DNA of 64,000 nucleotides, taken from Orbicella franksi. Its lineage: Eukaryota. Below the pieces are notes generated by a model. The model searched no databases, had not been told where the DNA came from, and was given only the letters and a program-made list of their open reading frames with translations. The position numbers were made by a program, and so were the translations under genes. Positions 61,810 through 64,000 of the stretch are shown here, piece by piece. Within the stretch, counting starts at the first letter, position 1. Each line of letters begins with the position of its first letter. The stretch covers positions 32,240,001 through 32,304,000 of the forward strand of contig OZ116702.1 of NCBI GenBank assembly GCA_964199315.1, read 5' to 3'.

Positions 61810-64000
61810 GTGACATCATCGGGATGGAGGGGTGTAAGGTGTCATTGGAGGTGTTACGTCATACTCTGAAAATAGGTAGAATGATGTAATAGGATTATTT
61901 TTAGTAACAGAAGTCATGTGATTTTCTCGTTGTAAAGAGGTGAAATTTTAGGAATATATTAGTAAGCTTAACATGGGTGTCACTCTCTCTGCTCGTCGAA
62001 TACGATTTAACACGTACCGCTTACTGGCTAGAAAGCTGATCACTCCTATAAGTGAAATAGTTTTGCTGACAGAAGCCTCATTATGTGGTCTACCAGGTAC
62101 CAAGCTTTCCAAGTTAAAGAACCTTCATTCTGAAGAACCCCTGCCCAATTCCGCCCATTATTGAGTATAGAATAGGAAGAAATACATTTTAGCAGGGTAA
62201 TTTAGTAACAGAATAAAATATACTTTATTTCTATTACGTGTACTTAATTTTCCGACCTGGGAAATATTAATTACGTATAGGCGACATGGAAATTGCTTTT
62301 CCGTGTTTGGACCGTCAATTTGTATTTTCACTTTAAATAGACGCTAAGCAGAAAAGAAATTTCCTTTGGACATGATCACTACCGGCTTTAGTGCCTTGGG
62401 CTAAAGTCTATATGAATCTTATACGCCTCAGTCATTATAAAAATCTATGATTGCGAATAAATCGATTTCTACTCGGTCTGTTAAGGTACTAGACAGAACA
62501 AAACAACCCTGTTTGCTCAAATACAATAGAGTTTTCCACTGCTTCTTTGTTATTGCAAAATAATCTTCCTGGGGTCATTAACGCCTAAAGTTGTGCAAGC
62601 AGACAAGACCGAGAAAGTGAACGAACAAATGTTTTTCAAAGACGTTTATTGCAATCAACTACTCTTTAACTATTTACAACTCTCAGAGCTCTAACTTGCC
62701 AAGTGATCATTACAAAGTTCTACAGTTTGTTCTTTTTATCCGGTCATGATCAAGTACACTGAACCATACTTTGTACTCAGAAGCCTTTTCGATAATTCTG
62801 TTTACACTGGCTGCGAAGTTATTAGTCGTTTATTTCAATGAAACTTCTCAAACGTAAGAACGTGAGAAAAGTAAGGGGGTTCCTTTTTATTTCATTTCAT
62901 ATTTCTCTCTTGGTTAGTAAAGCTATATTGTTTAATCTTCTTCCTTTGATAGATTACCTTTTGCGTGTAAGGTTTGTTTTGCATTCGGCCTTTTCGGCTG
63001 CTTTTTCTTCTAAAAGTAACTAAATTAGTTCACACTAGGTGAATTGACCAAGAATAAAAAAAAATCATTTTATCATCATGCCTTGTCGAGTGCTTACCTG
63101 ATTATCCATCGACTGAAGCATGAATCTATCCAATTTAAATGCAATTATAAACTCACGTTTCTGTTAATTCGGTTTTGCTCGGGGAGTCTTTGGTATGCGA
63201 ACACACGGTAATCCAGTTTTTCATTTCCACTGTTTAACTTTTACATGTGATTACATAGGTCCTAGGAGTAATCAACATCTAATCTCTCCATATATAACCA
63301 ACACACTTTCTAGAGATAAGTAATGAGAACTGAAAGAAGTGATCTAAGTCTACAATGTAACGATTAATCGAGAGAAGGTAATGAAAGAAAAATTTGATTC
63401 TTACAAGAGTGGAATTTTACCTGATCATGATACTCACAGGCATCTTTTATTCGAATGATGCCAAAATCAAAGTTGAGAGGTTCTTTGCATGAATTCACAT
63501 TCCGATAGATTCAATTCTTTTCAATGGCTAATTCCCCGAGGCGATGCGAACTTTATATCACTATCTAACACTTTTAATCAATATATAGAAAATCCAGCGG
63601 AGTCGACTGGGTGTAACTGTTGTTTTATTGCGTAAGATTACATCTGATTGTCACGTTTCCGTTCATTTGTTCCACCATAGTCCTTTAGAGCTCGAGAACC
63701 CTACGTTTTGCTCTGGTATGCAGTAAATGTTGTTATAAATCATGTTGTAACGTGTTAACACTTGATTGGTTTACTTGAGGTTATAATAATACAAATGCTT
63801 AATTCGGCTATAATTATACCTTGAGAAGTTGCGCCGCTTTCCTATTTGTGACTTTTTGGATGTTTGTGACATTTCCAATGACAGGCGGGAATGCTGAAGC
63901 ACCGCACAAAATGCACTTTGTGTAAAGTAATAATACGTTTTCAAAGATAAGTTTCTCAGTCAAAACTTTTGAAAAGAATAACGTCATCGCTAAATAAAGC

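Noticed and set aside
62980-63005. TTCGGCCTTTTCGGCT resembling the U2 snRNA 5' stem
   Set aside because: The match does not extend to the branch-point recognition sequence or the Sm site.

Overview
Eukaryotic, intron-rich, AT-rich animal genomic DNA. The repeat families and gene structures look cnidarian (stony-coral-like), which is my inference. I assembled six protein-coding genes by hand from GT-AG splice sites. (1) SARNP/THO1 (-, 10 exons) is head-to-head with (2) the ESCRT-II subunit SNF8/VPS22 (+, 9 exons) across 177 bp. (3) A LIV-1 family ZIP4/ZIP12-like zinc importer (-, 11 exons, ~813 aa). (4) An orphan + strand protein of at least 870 aa, with a 120-residue block that is 54% His followed by a long acidic disordered region carrying two RGD motifs; its 5' exon is unresolved. 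(5) A small, divergent K50 homeobox gene (-). (6) Mitochondrial beta-ketoacyl-ACP synthase OXSM (+, 14 exons, 459 aa). Introns and intergenic DNA contain many MITE-like, foldback and tandem repeats. I could not support any rRNA, tRNA, CRISPR array or autonomous transposase. The best candidates for novelty are the His-rich/acidic RGD protein divergently paired with the zinc importer, and the ANTP/PRD-hybrid K50 homeodomain.
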